From Protoeuglena noctilucae (Eukaryota), in NCBI GenBank assembly GCA_958009085.1, contig OY253671.1:372001-436000 (forward strand): DNA of 64,000 nt, given 5' to 3'. This document shows, one piece after another, positions 26,201-40,753 of this stretch; position 1 is the first letter of the stretch, and each line of letters begins with the position of its first letter. The notes beneath the pieces were generated by a model that did not search any database, was not told where the DNA came from, and saw only the letters and a list, made by a program, of their open reading frames with translations. The position numbers and the translations under genes are program-made.

Positions 26201-29200
26201 GTCTGCAGCGCCTGGGAGCACATGGGAACCCAGAGCAGAGTCCTCACGCATGACACGCCGGTGGAATGACATGCGCCGCAACCGACCGTCGCTGCCTCAA
26301 TTTGCACCCGCCCCCGTCTCATAACAAGGCTCATCCAATCTGCCCGTCAATCTGCCCGCAAACTCGCCTGCCCGCGCGTATCCTCACCTTGACGAGTCCC
26401 TCTGGGCTGCCGCCCGCTGCGTCCAGTGCCGCCTGGGCCACCAGGAGCCGCTGCACCCGTCCGGTGAGGAAGTCGACGATGGATTCGAACTCTCCCTGCA
26501 CGCGAGCGCACTCCTCGAGAGAGGCGCGGTTTGCCTCGTCCACCTGCCGCAGCCGGGAGAGATGCTCCGTGCGCTCGGCCCGCAGCGTGGCCTCCAAATG
26601 GCTGCGGTGACGAGGAGACGAATGCGACAGTCATTGTCAGTTGGTTGCTAAGGATGCGAGGAGACGCAAGGATGCACGAGGGGCTCGAGTATCGGATAGT
26701 GTCGCACCTGCAGTTCGCCGTCATGTCGCCGAGTTTGGTCTTGGTGGCTTCCAAGTTGGCCTTGAGTCCCTTGATCATGTGGTCCTTCTCGCTGACCTGC
26801 TCCTCCAGGCTCTCCAGCTGCGCATCGACAAAAGGCAGGACCGCATCGGCACATGAGGACAGGCCCACGCACCAACCCGAGGGAGTGGCAGGCGTGTCAG
26901 CGTCAGATGTCGCGACCGCTGCTCAAGTCCCTCTGTCCATCTGTACCATTCTCGTTCTGCTGAGCCCCGTGGCACCCCCGCGCTCGGTCCGTCACCACAC
27001 CCGCACCACCACCCTCACCTGCTCTGTCATCTCCCCCACCCGTGCCTCCATCTGCGACACCGTGGCTGCGTTGTTGTCCATCTCCCACTTCTTCTGCAGC
27101 TTGGTCAGATCCCGCTCGAGCTTCTGTGCCCGCGCACGCTCCCGGAGGCACGACTCCTCCCACGACGTGGACTCGGCCTTCACCTCCTGGAGGCGATTCA
27201 AAAGCTTCTCTGCGAATGGCGGCACGTACGCGTGGGATTTGTTAACACGCCATGCACCATGTGTGCGCATGCCATCTACCATGTGTTGACAACACCCCAT
27301 GCAAACCATCCATAGTGTCCATCATCAACCATCCATAATATGTGCGCCGTCTCACCCCTCGTCTCCTCCACTACCCTCCGCTGGTCTTCCACGGCCTGGA
27401 GTTTCTCGGCGTTGACTCGGTCCAAGGCGTTCTTGTGCGCTCTCTTGAGGGCCTCGAGCTCCACCCTGAGGGCAGACGCACACGCACACGATCAGGTCTC
27501 CGCAAGAGCACCTCTCATCGACACTGTCACAACAGCAGCATCTCATCGACACTGTCACAACAGTATAATCGCACCAGGCGCAGCATGGCAGCACAGGCGG
27601 CTGGCAGCAGGGCACTCGACCAGCCAGCCCAGCACAAGCCGCGTCGCTCAGGTGCGCGTGTGGGGCAACTCATACCCTGAGCACTGCCCATGCCACCTCA
27701 GCCACCGTGCCCTCACTTGTGCTTCGCCTCTGCTGCCTCCGCCCCCTCGATCAGCGCCTTGTGTTTCGTCTGCTCCAGCATCAACGCGCGTGCCTTCTCC
27801 CGCTCAGCCACCACGTCCTTCTTGAGCTTTGCGCTGTCCTTGAACAGCTCCTTCCACTTTTCCTCGAACTCCAGCATCTTCCTGCACACGTAGCCGTCCG
27901 CACTCACTTGCACACCTCCCCATGCCGTCCGCGCTCACTTGCACATCCCCTCATGCCGTCCGCACTCACTTGTACATCCCCTCGTACCGCTCCTTCTCCA
28001 CCCCGAGCCTGGCCTCGACGTGCTGCTCCATCCTCCGGCGCTCCTGACTCAGCTCCAGCTCCAGGCGGGCACGCGCGCTCTCACGCTCCGCCAGCAGACG
28101 ACCCCGCTCGGCATCCAGGGCGGCCGTCAGCTCAGCCACCTCCCGGTCCCTCACCGTCACGGCCTCTGCGGCGACGAGCGATCACCGACAGCCTCCCTGC
28201 GCCACCTGACATCTTGCACCCACTCGCACCCACCCACCGCGTCGTGACCACATTGGTGCTACCCGCACCACCCACAGCTCAACGCGGCCCTTGCCCCTCA
28301 CCCGTCAGTTCATCGAATGTCATGTCCTTGGGGGACTTGCGCTGTTTCTGCCTCTCATGCATCGACTGCGCCTCGGACCGCGACGCCCTCGCGCTGCCGG
28401 CATCGCTCGTCCGGCTGGGGAACCCAGGGCTCGCCAGGCCGCCGTCCACTTTCCCAGCAGCGGCCTTGGACCCCGGGCTTCCCCTCCCGAGCCGCGACGG
28501 CTGCGCGCCGTCGGTCGTGTCGCGTGCCAGGTCCACCGACCTCCGCGCCACGTACGCCACCCCACCTGCCCCGCCAGCACCCGCCTCCCTCGCTGGCCCA
28601 GCCTCGCCACGCGCCCGGCTGTCGAAAGCCACTGAATGGCCACCCCGACGCGGATCTGCCTCCCGTGCGGCATCCTCCGCTCCCGCGCCTCGCGGCACGG
28701 CCGTCTCGGCACCCTCTCTGGCAGTGTGCCAGTAGGCCTCTGGCACCGGCTCTGCAAGAAGCGAAACCACGTTATTCGTACCTGACTATGCAGACAGCCA
28801 TAAGACGCGCCGACAGCTTTGTTGGAGCTCCACACGCTGTCATCATCCATCATGCATCAATGCTGCCCTCACGCATGGGCGTTCTTGGCGGCGAGCCACC
28901 CGCCCGGAGAGACCCGGCCCACGCCTCCCCCGCCTGCGCTGCGCTGGGACGGTTCACGAGAGGAATGTCCGTGGGTGCGTCGGGGTCACTGACGCCCACC
29001 GAGCCACGCACCGACACCTGTGGGGGGACGCGTCAGGCGACACGTGTGCGTGGCTCGCAAGTGGCGTTGCAAGTGGCAGCTGTGTCAGGCGCTCTTCGTG
29101 CTGCTAGAACGGCATGCGTCTGACGTCGCTAAATGCAGGGACACGTGGATCTCTGTGTGCTAACGAGACAGGACGCACCGGGGCTCCCGCATGCACCCAG

Positions 29201-30300
29201 GGCACCGCTGGGGCAGTCCGCTGCCGGTCGGGACTCCGAGCAGACTGCGGTCGCTTAGCTGCGGCGTCGCGACTCGGCGCGGCCCCTGTGGCCTGCGACG
29301 CTGACGTGGGCCGCCCTGCCGCCCCGGCACCGCTGGAAGGGCGCGACGTGGCCGGCCCACTGCCTGTCCCCAACAAAGCACCGTCACGTGCGGAGGACCT
29401 GAGGAGGTGGGCATGACGTGGCTTTTTATACCACTGCTCCGGCGCTGGGAGGATGGCAGCGGCAGGACCGGCAGGGCGGGCGGTGTCCTTCGCAATGACA
29501 AGTGCGGCACGGACCTGGCCAAGGCGCCTTGATCGCCATCCGCGTCCCACAGACCCTGGCCCAAATCGCGGCGCGGCATGACAGGAACGTCCGCAGTGGC
29601 TCTCGGCTGCCTGGGAGCACGCATGATGCGCTCGACCTGGGGGCATAGCACCGCCTTGTATCGTCCTTTGTGATGTGCCGCTGCAGAGCTGCAGCTGCCA
29701 CAGTTGACGGCGTCGTAGAGCACAACAGCGTTGTGTACATGTCGAAACGTCTCACCAGCTCAGCGTCCATTTCCAAACTTGCACGTGGGTCGGAGGCCCA
29801 CGACTCTGACCCTTGCACCTCCTCCCCGAGAGTCCCCATGGACCCCACTCGCATCTGGCGCAAGAGACCGTCCTGGATGAGCGAACGCGCGGCTCCCTGC
29901 GCCGGGGGCGCCTCTGGCCACGCTGGGGCAGGCCCAGGCGCCTCCCGTGGGGCTGTCGGCACATGCGCACCCGGCTGGGTCCCTCGCAGCTGCCGCGAGA
30001 ACTCATAGAGGTGCGGACTGGTCGCGGACGTCGGGCGCGGGCCTGCTGCTGGCCCCCCGGGGAGTGGCGGGCCGCGAGCGGAGGATGGGCGGTCGCGACG
30101 TCCGCTCGAGGTGCGGGCCGGTGGGGGCTTCAGGGCCCGCTGGCTGGTGGAGCCCGGGCCACCCCTGCAAACGGGAAAGGGGTAACTGGACTACGACACA
30201 GGTCCTCGCATCGGGGCGCGCACCGGGACACGCGCGCTCGGGCGATTGTTGGGGCAGGGCTCCGATGCATGCTTTCGCATGCAATCACCGATTCATGCTC
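23300..30300 (-). CDS. Large multi-exon coiled-coil protein with low-complexity N-terminus (boundaries approximate; could be more than one gene)
   Basis: Many E/K/R/A-rich heptad exons (e.g. MLEFEEKWKELFKDSAKLKKDV, LESLEEQVSEKDHMIKGLKANLE) bounded by GT-AG introns. Confidence 0.55.
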
Positions 30301-31191
30301 TGCTGCTGCAGGGTGGCCGCCGCGGCAGCCGACCCTCCGATGAGTCCGGACGCGCGGATGAGGTCCGCGACATTTGATTCGGACCTCATGGCTGACAACG
30401 GACAGGCCGGGCGACGCCACTCCACCCTGCGCGGCCTTCCTTGGACGCGCTATAGCCCAGCAGTCGCATGTGGAATCCGGAACAAACTCGCGAAGCACGC
30501 GGGAGCAAACTAGGCAGCGTCGCACGGCCTGTGGGCCGCGAAGCTCAAAAAAAGTCTGCAATGTGCGGAGTGCTAGGCCGCATTCAGAGCCACATGCGCA
30601 TGCCTGCAAGGTCCGGGCAACGACAGATGCTTGCGCCAGGGAAGCGGCCCAGAGTGGTGAACAGGCAACCGTAAACTGGCGCTGACGTCGCCAGGGCACA
30701 GCGAGGAGGCGTCAATCGCATCGAAACCGCATCGAAAGCGATGCAGGTATGCTATCATCGCTCTGTCGTCTCTGTGCAAACTCCCTGTTGGTGGGAAAGC
30801 AGAGCCTGTGGGGCTGGGCAACCCCGCTTGTTGCGCCACTGCTCGCACGAGTCCCAGGGGCTTGCGATGCATGGCATGTTGCGTTCCTCTGTTGCAGCGT
30901 AACATGGATTGAGAGCAGGAGCCTTCATTTCTCTCCGCCCTGTTCAGGCAAGTGCCGGCACGGTCCCCGTGGAAAGGGTCCCCACCCCAATACACCGCCA
31001 GCGCCAGCGTTCATGCTCTCCACCGATTGCATGGACGACTTCATTACATGCGGTGGAATCGGGGATTTGGTCGCGAGCTTCAGTGTTTGTAAGCGCTGGC
31101 CCTCCCCCATGCGTGCAGGGAGGATCGCTTCAGAGCCATCATAGGCATCCGCCTCGCAGAACTTTTGCTTGGGAGTGGGTGGACCTGACGG

Positions 31192-34100
31192 ATGGCGCGG
31201 GTGGGCGCCGCGGGCAGGGTGGAGAGCGGTGCTGCACCATGGGTCCCCTGGCCAGCTGCACGGGGCGCGCTGTCAGCGCTGCTGATCGCCGCGGCGGCCA
31301 TCTTGGTCGCTCCATCGTTGGCGTTGGGGTCGCCGGATCAGTGCCCCGCGCCTCCGGCTTCGCTGTGGCCTCTGGAGCGCCCCAACGGACGTGCGAGCGC
31401 CGTCGAAGACGGGGACGTTTATCCGCGGATTTTCCTGGGCCGAGAGCCAGTTGAGGGGCGTTACATCGTGCGTGTGTCAGATTACCGGGACATGGCTGAG
31501 CTCCGGGTCCAGCTGGCGGCGGCTCTCGGGCCGGAGGGGAGCGGGGGCAGGGCGTCCGCGCGGGGAGGCGGATGGGCGTGGGTGGACCGCGCGGCGGAGG
31601 TGGAGGAGATCCCGACGGATTTCGCGGTCATCGTTTCCGGCGAGGATGCCTCGTCGCTGTCATCGAGGCTCAGCGCCGCGGTTCCCGGGTTTAGGGACGT
31701 GCACGCCGACATGCGGCTGACGCGGACGGTTCATTGGGTGCGCATGGATACGGAAACAGGTGAGTCGCGCAATTGCAGCAGGACAAGGGCGCAGGAGAGC
31801 CTCGGCACTGAGCAGGTGCATGCACTTGTGGCGAGCACTGCAGCAAAAGCTCGGCCGCTCCGCTGCTCGCCAGGGGAAGTGATCAAGCATCCCGGGCGGC
31901 CCATGACGCGCCCGAGCATGGACGAGATGGGCGTGCCCTTGGGCGGCACGCCGGGGGCCTTTCCTGGGTGGGAGGGCGAGATGGTTGGCTCGCCGCATCG
32001 AGACCTCGCCATCATGTGAGCACCGCGCTGTTCACCTGTTGCTTTTTGTATCTCGCAACCGGTGCTGGCGAGCGCGGGCTGGGAAGCTGGGCACCTGCGT
32101 GCACCGCCCGGCTTTGCCTCCCACTCTGCCCCCTGTACTCGTGCCTGGCCGCAGCCCGAGCGCGGCGGTGTACCTCAGAGCCGAGTCGCTCTGGTCCAAG
32201 GGCTTCACGGGCCGCGACATCCGCGTGGGTGTGTTTGACACGTCGTTCCGCGACCCCCACCCGCACCTGCGCAACATCCACAAGCGCACCAATTGGACCA
32301 CGGACCCATCGCCGGACGACGGCCTCGGCCACGGATCCTTCGTCGCGGGCGTCATTGCGGGGATTGACCCCTCGTGCCCCGGGTTTGCCCCGGACGCGGG
32401 GCTGTGGGCGTTCAAGGTCTTCACGGACGACCAGCAGAGCTACACCTCGTGGCTCATGGACGCATTCAACTACGCCATCCACGAGGTGACGATCGCTGCG
32501 ACGTGTCGCGGCTCTCGTTGCCTCCTGTCTCGGGGCGGGGGTGGGGTGGGTTTTCAACACTCTTCGCCCACCCGGGTCCCTGCAGCACCTCCACATCCTC
32601 AATCTGTCGATCGGCGGGCCCGATTACCTCGACCTGCCGTTCACGGATAAGATCCGGGAGGTCACGGCGAACGGCATCATCATGAGTGCGTGCGTGAGCG
32701 TGGCAGAACACTGCGTGTTGGTGTCACCCACCTGCCCTGCCAATCAGCCTCTTCGATGCCTCGCCCAACCCCTCGCTTACGTGCTGTCCGCCACTCGCCT
32801 GCCCGTGGCCCCATACCTGTCGCCCACTCATCCAGCTCACCCCATGACCAACACAAGCCCATGCAGCCTCAGGACCTAACCACCCACACCACCCCCCGCA
32901 GTCTCCGCGATGGGCAACGACGGTCCATCCTTCGGCACGGCCAACAACCCTGCCGACCAGGGTGACGTGATTGGCGTGGGCGGCGTGGACTGGGGTGGCA
33001 ACATGGCGTCCTTCAGCTCACGGGGCATGACGCTGTGGGAGATGCCCGAGCGCGCCGGCCGCGTCAAGCCCGACGTCGTGGCCTACGGCGCGCAAGTGCT
33101 GGGCTCCGACATCCGGGGTGGCTGCCGCTCGCTGTCGGGGACGAGCGTGGCCAGCCCTGTGGTGGCGGGGTCCGTGGCCCTGCTCGCCAGCACCGGTGAG
33201 CGCAGAGTGTCGCACCTTGTAAGCTTTGTTTCATTCGTCTACCTGATGCACTGAGATGAGAGGTTACCCCACCACACCCCCCACTGCGCGTGCCCCGCCC
33301 GGCACCCGCTCACGCCGCTGCCCGTGACCCCGCGTCGCAGTGCCCGAGGATCGCCGCTGGGCGATCATCAACCCGGGATCGATGAAGCAGGCGCTGATCG
33401 AGGGCGCGACGCGCGTCGCCAACGCGGGCATCCACGAGGCAGGGGCCGGGCTCATTGACCTGCACAAGTCGGCCGCCTTCCTCCAGGACTACCAGCCCAG
33501 GGCCTCCCTGTTCCCCGCCAGCCTCGACTTGACCGCGGAGGACTGCCCCTACATGTGGCCCTACTGTGCCAGCCCCGTGAACCCCGGCCGCATGCCGCTC
33601 ATGATCAACGCCTCGGTCATCAACGGAATGGGGGTCGTGGGGCACTTCTCCAAGGCAAGGGACTCGCGTGATTGGGTCGAGGGGCATATAAACGCAACTA
33701 CCTCGCTGTCTGTCAGTGCCGCTGCCCAGGCTAGGTATCTGAGAGGAGAGCTGGGGGCGGCTGTATGTGCTTTGCGCCTACCGCACCACATCTCTCCCAC
33801 GCAGCCTCCCACCTTCACGCCGACTTCGGGGCCCCCCCTCCAAGTCTCTTTCGAGTACTCCGAGTCCATCTGGCCGTGGAGCGGGTGGCTCAGCGTCTAC
33901 ATCGAGGTCGAAGACGGCGCAGCACCGGGGACGGCGGCGGGCATCATTGCATTCGAAATCGAGGTGAGGGGAGGGTGCGTGGGTGCGCGCGTGCGTTGAC
34001 TGGATGTCGGGCAGCAACAAGGCACGGTTCCGGCCCTTGACATTGCCAGGCTAATGCTTGTAGCAGCCCCGCATGGACTTGGACAACCCTGATGACCTCG

Positions 34101-36152
34101 CCCCGCAGTTACCTCGCCCATGCTGTGCCTCTGACCTGTCTCACATTCTCTATCGCCCCAGTCGCCCCCTGCCCTGGGAGAGGATGCGCCCCGGAGGTCC
34201 ACCGTGACGGCCCCGCTGCGCGTGACGGTCGTGGAGCGCCCCCCGCGCGAGAAGATCGTGCTGTGGGACCAGTACCACTCCATCAAGTACCCCCCCGCCT
34301 ACATTCCCAGCGACGGCAGCAGTTCTGACATGCTGGACTGGCACGGCGACCACCTCCACACCAACTTCCGGTGAGGGGTGTCGCGGGGTAGTTGCTGCTT
34401 CATGAGTCATGCGCATGGTAGGGGAGGCAAGCTGACTAGTATAACTATGGATTGCACCCTCACCCGCGTGCTGTGACGGTCACCCGCCTCGCCACTGCGC
34501 TGCGACACGCACCCGCCTGGCCTCGTTCCCCTCGCAGCTCTTTCTTCGACCATTTCCACCCCATGAGGGGCACGCCGTCGTATTACCTGGAGATCCTGGG
34601 TGCGCCGTATACGTGCTTTGACGCCTCCAAGTACGGCACGCTTTTGGTGGTGGACCCCGAGGCGGAGTTTGCGCCCGAGGAGGTTGAGAAGCTGAGGGCT
34701 GACGTCGAGGAGGAGGGGCTGAGGTGAGTGGAGTGTGGGGGCTGCGAGTTGATGTTGAGGAGAGGGGGTGGAGATGAGGGAATGAAGAATGGAGACGAGG
34801 TGCTGAGGGGTGCGACAGAACCAACCGCATGTACTGGGATGGAGCGAACTGCAGGACAAGTGCATGACGTGCATGGCATGGCCAGTGCCCATTACTAGCC
34901 ATCCACGTCGTGCACCTCTCGCCCCATCCAGTCTCGTGGTCTTCTCGGAATGGTACAACGTCGAGCGCATCGCGGAGGTGGCCTTCTTCGATGACAACAC
35001 ACGGAGCGTGTGGCAGGCGGCCACGGGCGGCGCCAACGTCCCCGCCCTCAACGAGCTGCTGCAGCCGTTCAAGGCGGCCCTGGGGAACGCCGTGGTGGAC
35101 GGCAACGTCTCGCTGGACAAGGCGGGGATGGCCTGGTCCATCAGCTCAGGGTCGCCTTTGGCCAAGTGGCCCGCGGGGGGGTGGGTCCACAAGGGGCGCG
35201 TCAGCGTGCGCAAGCCCGGCGCCATGCAGGGGTCTCTGGCGAACGGGGAGTACGCGCTGCTGGGCGTCGCGCACGCCGGGAACGGCACGCTGGCCGTGGC
35301 CGCGGACGCGTCGTGTTTGGACGGGGACCGCCCGCAGTGCCTGTGGCTCGCGGACGAGCTCCTGTCACTGGCCTCGGGGCGGCTCGGCGGAGACTGGTGG
35401 CTCAGCCACAAGGACGCGCTGCTGCTGGAGGACTTTGCCCACCCCATGGCCGCCATGCCGGAGCGGCCGCCCGTGCCAAGCCGGTGAGGGTGCAAGCGAG
35501 AGAGTTAGGTGCTGTGGGTGCGGACCCGTGCAAGGAAGCCTGCTCGTCGTCATTTTATAGTGCTGGCGCGTCACACAACCCAAGGATCGCCGCATCTGTT
35601 AATGGGAAGGCACGCGTTGTGCAACGCAATACGCCCTTTCTACGCTCCACTGTCACCGTCCTCTGTGCACGCAGGCCCGCACCGCTCCCGGTCAGCCAGC
35701 CCCTGACGTGCCCCATGAACGCGGGCGCCGCCGCTTTCACGGGCCCGCCCGTCGCCACGGGCGGTGCCGGTGCAAGCACCTCCGGGAGCACCCCAGGGCA
35801 GGACAGCTGGTGGCAGCGGATGTGGAACGGGCTCGGGGGCGGGCCCGGGAGCGGGGGCGAGGTGGGGAACGAGGTGCCGCAGCCGAGGCCCACGGCGGCG
35901 GCCGGGGGAGCGGGTGTGCCGCACGTGCCACCCTGGACGCCTGTCAGTGGCGGGGAGGCACCTTCTGGGGTCCTGGTGGTGCCGAGCGGTGCAGTCACGC
36001 TGGGTTCGCCGGGCGGGGCTCTGGTGGCGGTGGCGGGGATGGTCGGCGTCGGGGCGGTCGCGTGGGTCGCGTACAGGTGCGGGTGGAGGGGCAGCTCGTG
36101 GCGCCCCAATCCTTGTCGTGGCTCCGTGGCTCTCTCGCCGCTCCGTCACTAA
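31192..36152 (+). CDS. MBTPS1: Site-1 protease / subtilase SBT6.1
   Basis: Signal peptide; catalytic [30 protein letters not shown]1P-specific [57 protein letters not shown]-terminal TM helix. Confidence 0.95.
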
Positions 36153-36512
36153 CTCCTTTGCAATGGTCGAGTGTTACATAGTGGATAGGTGGCTATCGGT
36201 CGTTTACTCTTGGCCCGGTCGCGGACTTGACGGCTAGCGGAGCCGTGTTGTTTGCAGGATGCTGTACGTGCGGAGGGAGCGACGGTACGAGAGCGTCCAG
36301 GGGGACGAGGAGACCGGGACGCGCAAGCGGACGGGCAACGTGGACATGGGGGCCATGGGGAGTCGGTTCCCGGGGATCCAAAGGCGGGGGCCGAACGGGG
36401 CCTGACTGACTGCTTGTGGCCTCGTGTCAGAGACACCGGCTAGCTCTCGCATTCTTCAGTTGAAAATTTTTGTAATTAACAACTTTATTGAGAGAGAAGT
36501 GTGTGTTTATTG

Positions 36513-37923
36513 TTACTGTTGGGACTCCTTGCGCCTTAGGCAAGGCGAGCTACTGCCGCCATTGGGGCGGGTAGGCCGAGAACTGATACGGAACAAGCTG
36601 GGTGACGGGGAGTATTCTAGGAGTGAGAATGTGGCACGGACGTTCTGACTCCCAAACGCATGACTTAGCTCATGGCTCGAGAGGTGCTGTGCGTCCCCTG
36701 CGCCAGGAGAGGGATGGGTGGGGTCAGTGGGTGGCACGGTTACGATGCTGCCTGCGCAGGGGCCCAAAAGCGACAGGACCTGTTGGGCACAGCAGGGTTG
36801 ATGAAACGACGGACGAGGTGCATGATGGCACATAACCGCATGTGTTGCGTCACCTGGCTGTCACCCGTTGATGACCCCTGCCGATGCGCCCTCCGCTGCG
36901 GCGACCGCCCCTGGGCCTCGAGGCCCTTCCGATACTTCTGGAGATATGACTTGACGTGAAGCAGCGTCATACCCTGCGAGCGAGAGTCATGCACAGCACG
37001 TTGTGCTCGCGAGGCTCGTCAGGCAGGCCCTCAAGTTATATCTGGCCTCTCCGGGTCACCTTGATGTTCAGCTCGGCGAGGATGCCCTTCGGCGTCGCGT
37101 CCCGAGCGCCCCCCAAGTGCTTGATGGCCTGCACGAAGCGCTCGTGCAGGTCGGGAGTCCAGCGTAGGCGGGGCTTGACCTCGGGGAGCACCTGCAGCGC
37201 CGTGTCCGGGATGCCCCGCGTGGACCGCCGATGGCCGACGCTCGAGGCGGCCTGGGACCGCGAATGGGACCCCGAGGAGAGCGACAGGAGGGCCGCAGCG
37301 GCACCGCCGTCCCCAACCTGCTCCCCTCCCTGCAGTCAGGTGGAGACTGACGGGTTCCTTATCGATGCGTGCCACTGGGAAACGAAGCGGCGAGCGAGTC
37401 CCGCGCGCCGAGAGGCGCAGGCGTGCTGAGCCCCCCCAAAGTGAGGGCCCAGGACACGCCCGTCCGCGGGAATGGCCCGCTCGCACTGTATGGCTTGCTT
37501 CGTGACGGATGAGTGCATGCAGAAGCCGAGAGGTACCGGCCGCCCTCCCGACGAGCTAACATGGCGTGCTCCCGTCCAGCAATATCCGCCGGCCGAACGC
37601 GCCGCCGTCCCCACGGCGGACGGCGCAGAATGTCTCACCTCGAACCCAAACCTCTCAGCGTCCCAGCCGCTGGTGCCCGCGCCTGCGCCTCCCCGTCCAA
37701 ACGACTGCCCAGTGCCCTCGTCAGGACCACGGGCAGCGCGTAATATCGCGCTGATTCGGGGCCGCTTGGGGTCCCACCCGCTTGGTATGGCGCCGACGCT
37801 GATTTCCGCAGCCTGAGGGGGGAACGGGGCCGGAAGGGCAGTGAGGGCAGGTCCACGTCCACCAGAGCGCCATGCCGCGGCGCCCCTGGGAGCCGCCGCC
37901 AGAGCTGAAACGCACTTTGGCAT
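36513..37923 (-). CDS. GARP/G2-like MYB transcription factor (ends approximate)
   Basis: KPRLRWTPDLHERFVQAIKHLGGARDATPKGILAELNIK|GMTLLHVKSYLQKYRK. Confidence 0.85.
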
Positions 37924-38308
37924 TCATGATGTGCAGGGACGCTTCGCGCGAGCTGTTGTTCCACAGGACGGCGGAGAATCGGCCTAGCTGCTTGCTTATT
38001 CCCAGCTGTCGGCCAGTGCCGCGTATTAAACGGGGCTCGCTCAGCAGGCAGGCAGAAGTCTCTCGCTGCGACCTTTAGGCACGAGGCGGAGACGTGGCCC
38101 GCCCTTGGCAGGCGTCTCGGGCACGGAAACCGCCAGCCCCTGGCACGCAGGAGACGCCGCGACCGCCGCTTGCTGCCAGCTGTTCCTCATTATCGCGCGT
38201 CCCTCGCGTGGACCTCGAGCTGAAAGCGTTAAAGCTGCTGAAAGCGCCAAAGCTGACTTTTAGTCATTTTCCTGCCACGAACAGCGCGCGCGAGCAAAGA
38301 GAGACAAC

Positions 38309-40423
38309 ATGGCATCCTGGATGCGGTGGATTTCGGGCGGCACAGCCCAGGACGGGTGAGGCATTGCGCGTTGACACCGGGCGCTTTGCAGATTCTGGGT
38401 CTCGCCCGCCACTCAGCGACTCCCGGCGCGTTGGCCATGCATACCGCCATATGGTGCCTCTCAATGCATCCTGGACGGCCGCGGCCCCCCCCGCAGGGCC
38501 TCCACATCGGACTACCGCAAACCGCTGTTCGTCGCCTCTGCCGGGATCGCCCTCGTCGCCGTTGGGTACCTTGCCGTGAACCGCTTCGTGGAGACGTTTG
38601 TTCCCCGCGACTGGCACTACCGGCCCGGCACGCTGAGCGCCTACCTGGCCAAGGCGCTCATCAAGCACGCCAAGAGGAGGCGGCGGAGGCGGCCGATCCG
38701 CGTGTACATGGACGGGTGCTTCGACATGATGCATTACGGCCACGCCAACGCACTGAGGTGAGCAGCCCGGGGGGCCCAAGGGAGGCAAGGCCCGTCCAAC
38801 TGCCATGTTCGCTTCGCGGCAAGCAGGGACCCGGCTCGCCGCATCCCGCAGGCAGGCGCGCCAGTGCGGTGACGTTCTCGTGGTGGGCGTCATCCCGGAC
38901 CGGGAGATCGTGCCCGTCAAGGGCCCGCCCGTCAACAGCGAGGAGGAGCGCTACACGATGGTGGCGTCCGTCAAGTGGGTCGACGAGATCCTCACCGACG
39001 TGCCGTACAACCTGACCGAGGAGTTCCTTATGGAGCTCTTCACCAAGCACCGCATCGACTACGTCGTGCACGGCGACGACCCGTGCCTTCTCCCCGACGG
39101 CACCGACGCCTACGCGGCGGCCAAGCGCCTGGGCCGCTTCAAGGTCATCCGCCGCACGGAGGGCGTCTCTTCGACGGACATCGTCGGCCGCATGCTCATG
39201 TGCTCGCGGGACTTCACCACCCTGTCGGAGCGCCACGACCCATCCTCCCTGGCCCACCACTTCGCGGACGGCGACCCCGAGGACTCAGGAGACGAGGACG
39301 CCGCGCTGCAGGCCGCCCAGGCGAACCCGGCGAACCCGGAGGCTCCCACCGCGAGCACCCTGTCGCACGCGAACAGCAGCCGCGCCAGTTCGCCCGTGGG
39401 GATGTCGCCCCGCGTGCCGCCCCTGGCCATCGGCAGCGTGAATGCCGCGGCGCGCGACAGCTTGTCCGTCAGCGAGGACCCCGGGTGGGCGCTGTCCCGG
39501 TGAGGCGCAGGCCGTCAGAGGCGGGCGCAGGCTCCTCTGTCCGCCCCTTCTGCGCCGCTGCACAACCCCTCGCTCCCACCGCACCCCACTGCAGGTCCCG
39601 TCGGACGGAGATGCCCCCGCCGCTGCCACCCACGCGCGTGGCGCACTTCCTGCCCACGACGCACCGCATCGTCCAGTTCTCCGACGACCGCGTCCCGCCG
39701 CCCGGGGCGCGCGTCGTGTACATCGACGGCGCGTGGGACGTGTTCCACCACGGGCACGTGGAGGTGCTCCGGAAGGCGCGGGAGCTGGGGGACTTCCTCC
39801 TCGTGGGCATCCACGACGACGCCGAGGTGCGCCGGCGCCGCCACGGTGCGCCCCACCTCCCCATCATGAACATCCACGAGCGCACGCTGAGCGTCCTGGC
39901 GTGCCGCTACGTGGACGAGGTGGTGATTGGCGCGCCGGAGATGATCACGGAGGACCTCCTCCGCACCTTCAACATCTCGCTCGTCGTCCACGGCACGGTG
40001 GGCGAGAGCTCCTCAGTCATCTACGGCGCGGCGATGGGGGCCGTGCCACGCAGCATCGCGTTCGGGGGCCGATACGATCTGCCCAAGGCCGCCGGCATCT
40101 TCCAGGTGTGACCCTGACGCAGTTGCCTCGAACGCAGCCCTTGCCTCTCGTCCTCTCATCTGTGGTGCGTCACGACCCGTTCCGCACCAGCTTCGCTGCC
40201 GGCAACGGTCGCTTGACTGTCGCTGACAAGGGTGGCGGCACTGTCATCAGTAACAATGTCTTTCGTCGTTTCACAGGAGATTGAGTCGCCCAGCGACATG
40301 ACGACGGCGGCCATCATCAAGCGCATCATTGACAACCGCGCCGCGTTTGAGACCAAGTATCAGAAGAAGTCCAAGGGAGAGGCCGCATACTACGCCAACA
40401 AGAAGGCAGTGGCCGAGGCCTGA
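38309..40423 (+). CDS. PECT1: Ethanolamine-phosphate cytidylyltransferase with N-terminal membrane anchor
   Basis: RVYMDGCFDMMHYGHANALR; RTEGVSSTDIVGRML; second domain VYIDGAWDVFHHGH; PIMNIHERTLSVLACRYVDEV. Confidence 0.95.
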
Positions 40424-40753
40424 GGCAGCGCCTCACGCGTGCATGCCCTTCCCATGGCGCCCTAGCCTGGGCTTGCGGCAGCTGGCACTCTTGCTACTTG
40501 GTAGCCCTCGCTCCCTGGTTTGCTTTCGCGCCCTGTCTAGCAGACAAGGCACTCTGGCTGGCCTCCCGTCACAGGGAAGCCTTTGCTTAAATCACCCACG
40601 ATGACGGTGTCACAGCGTCGGACCCTAGTAGTCGTGGCTTGTCAGGAAGAGGGAGACGGAGACGCGGCCACGGACGACGGCGAGGCGCATCCGGACCTGG
40701 CGACTGGCTAAGTCGTCCACGACCGCTGCGGGCAGGGATGCTGCAGGCTGCCG

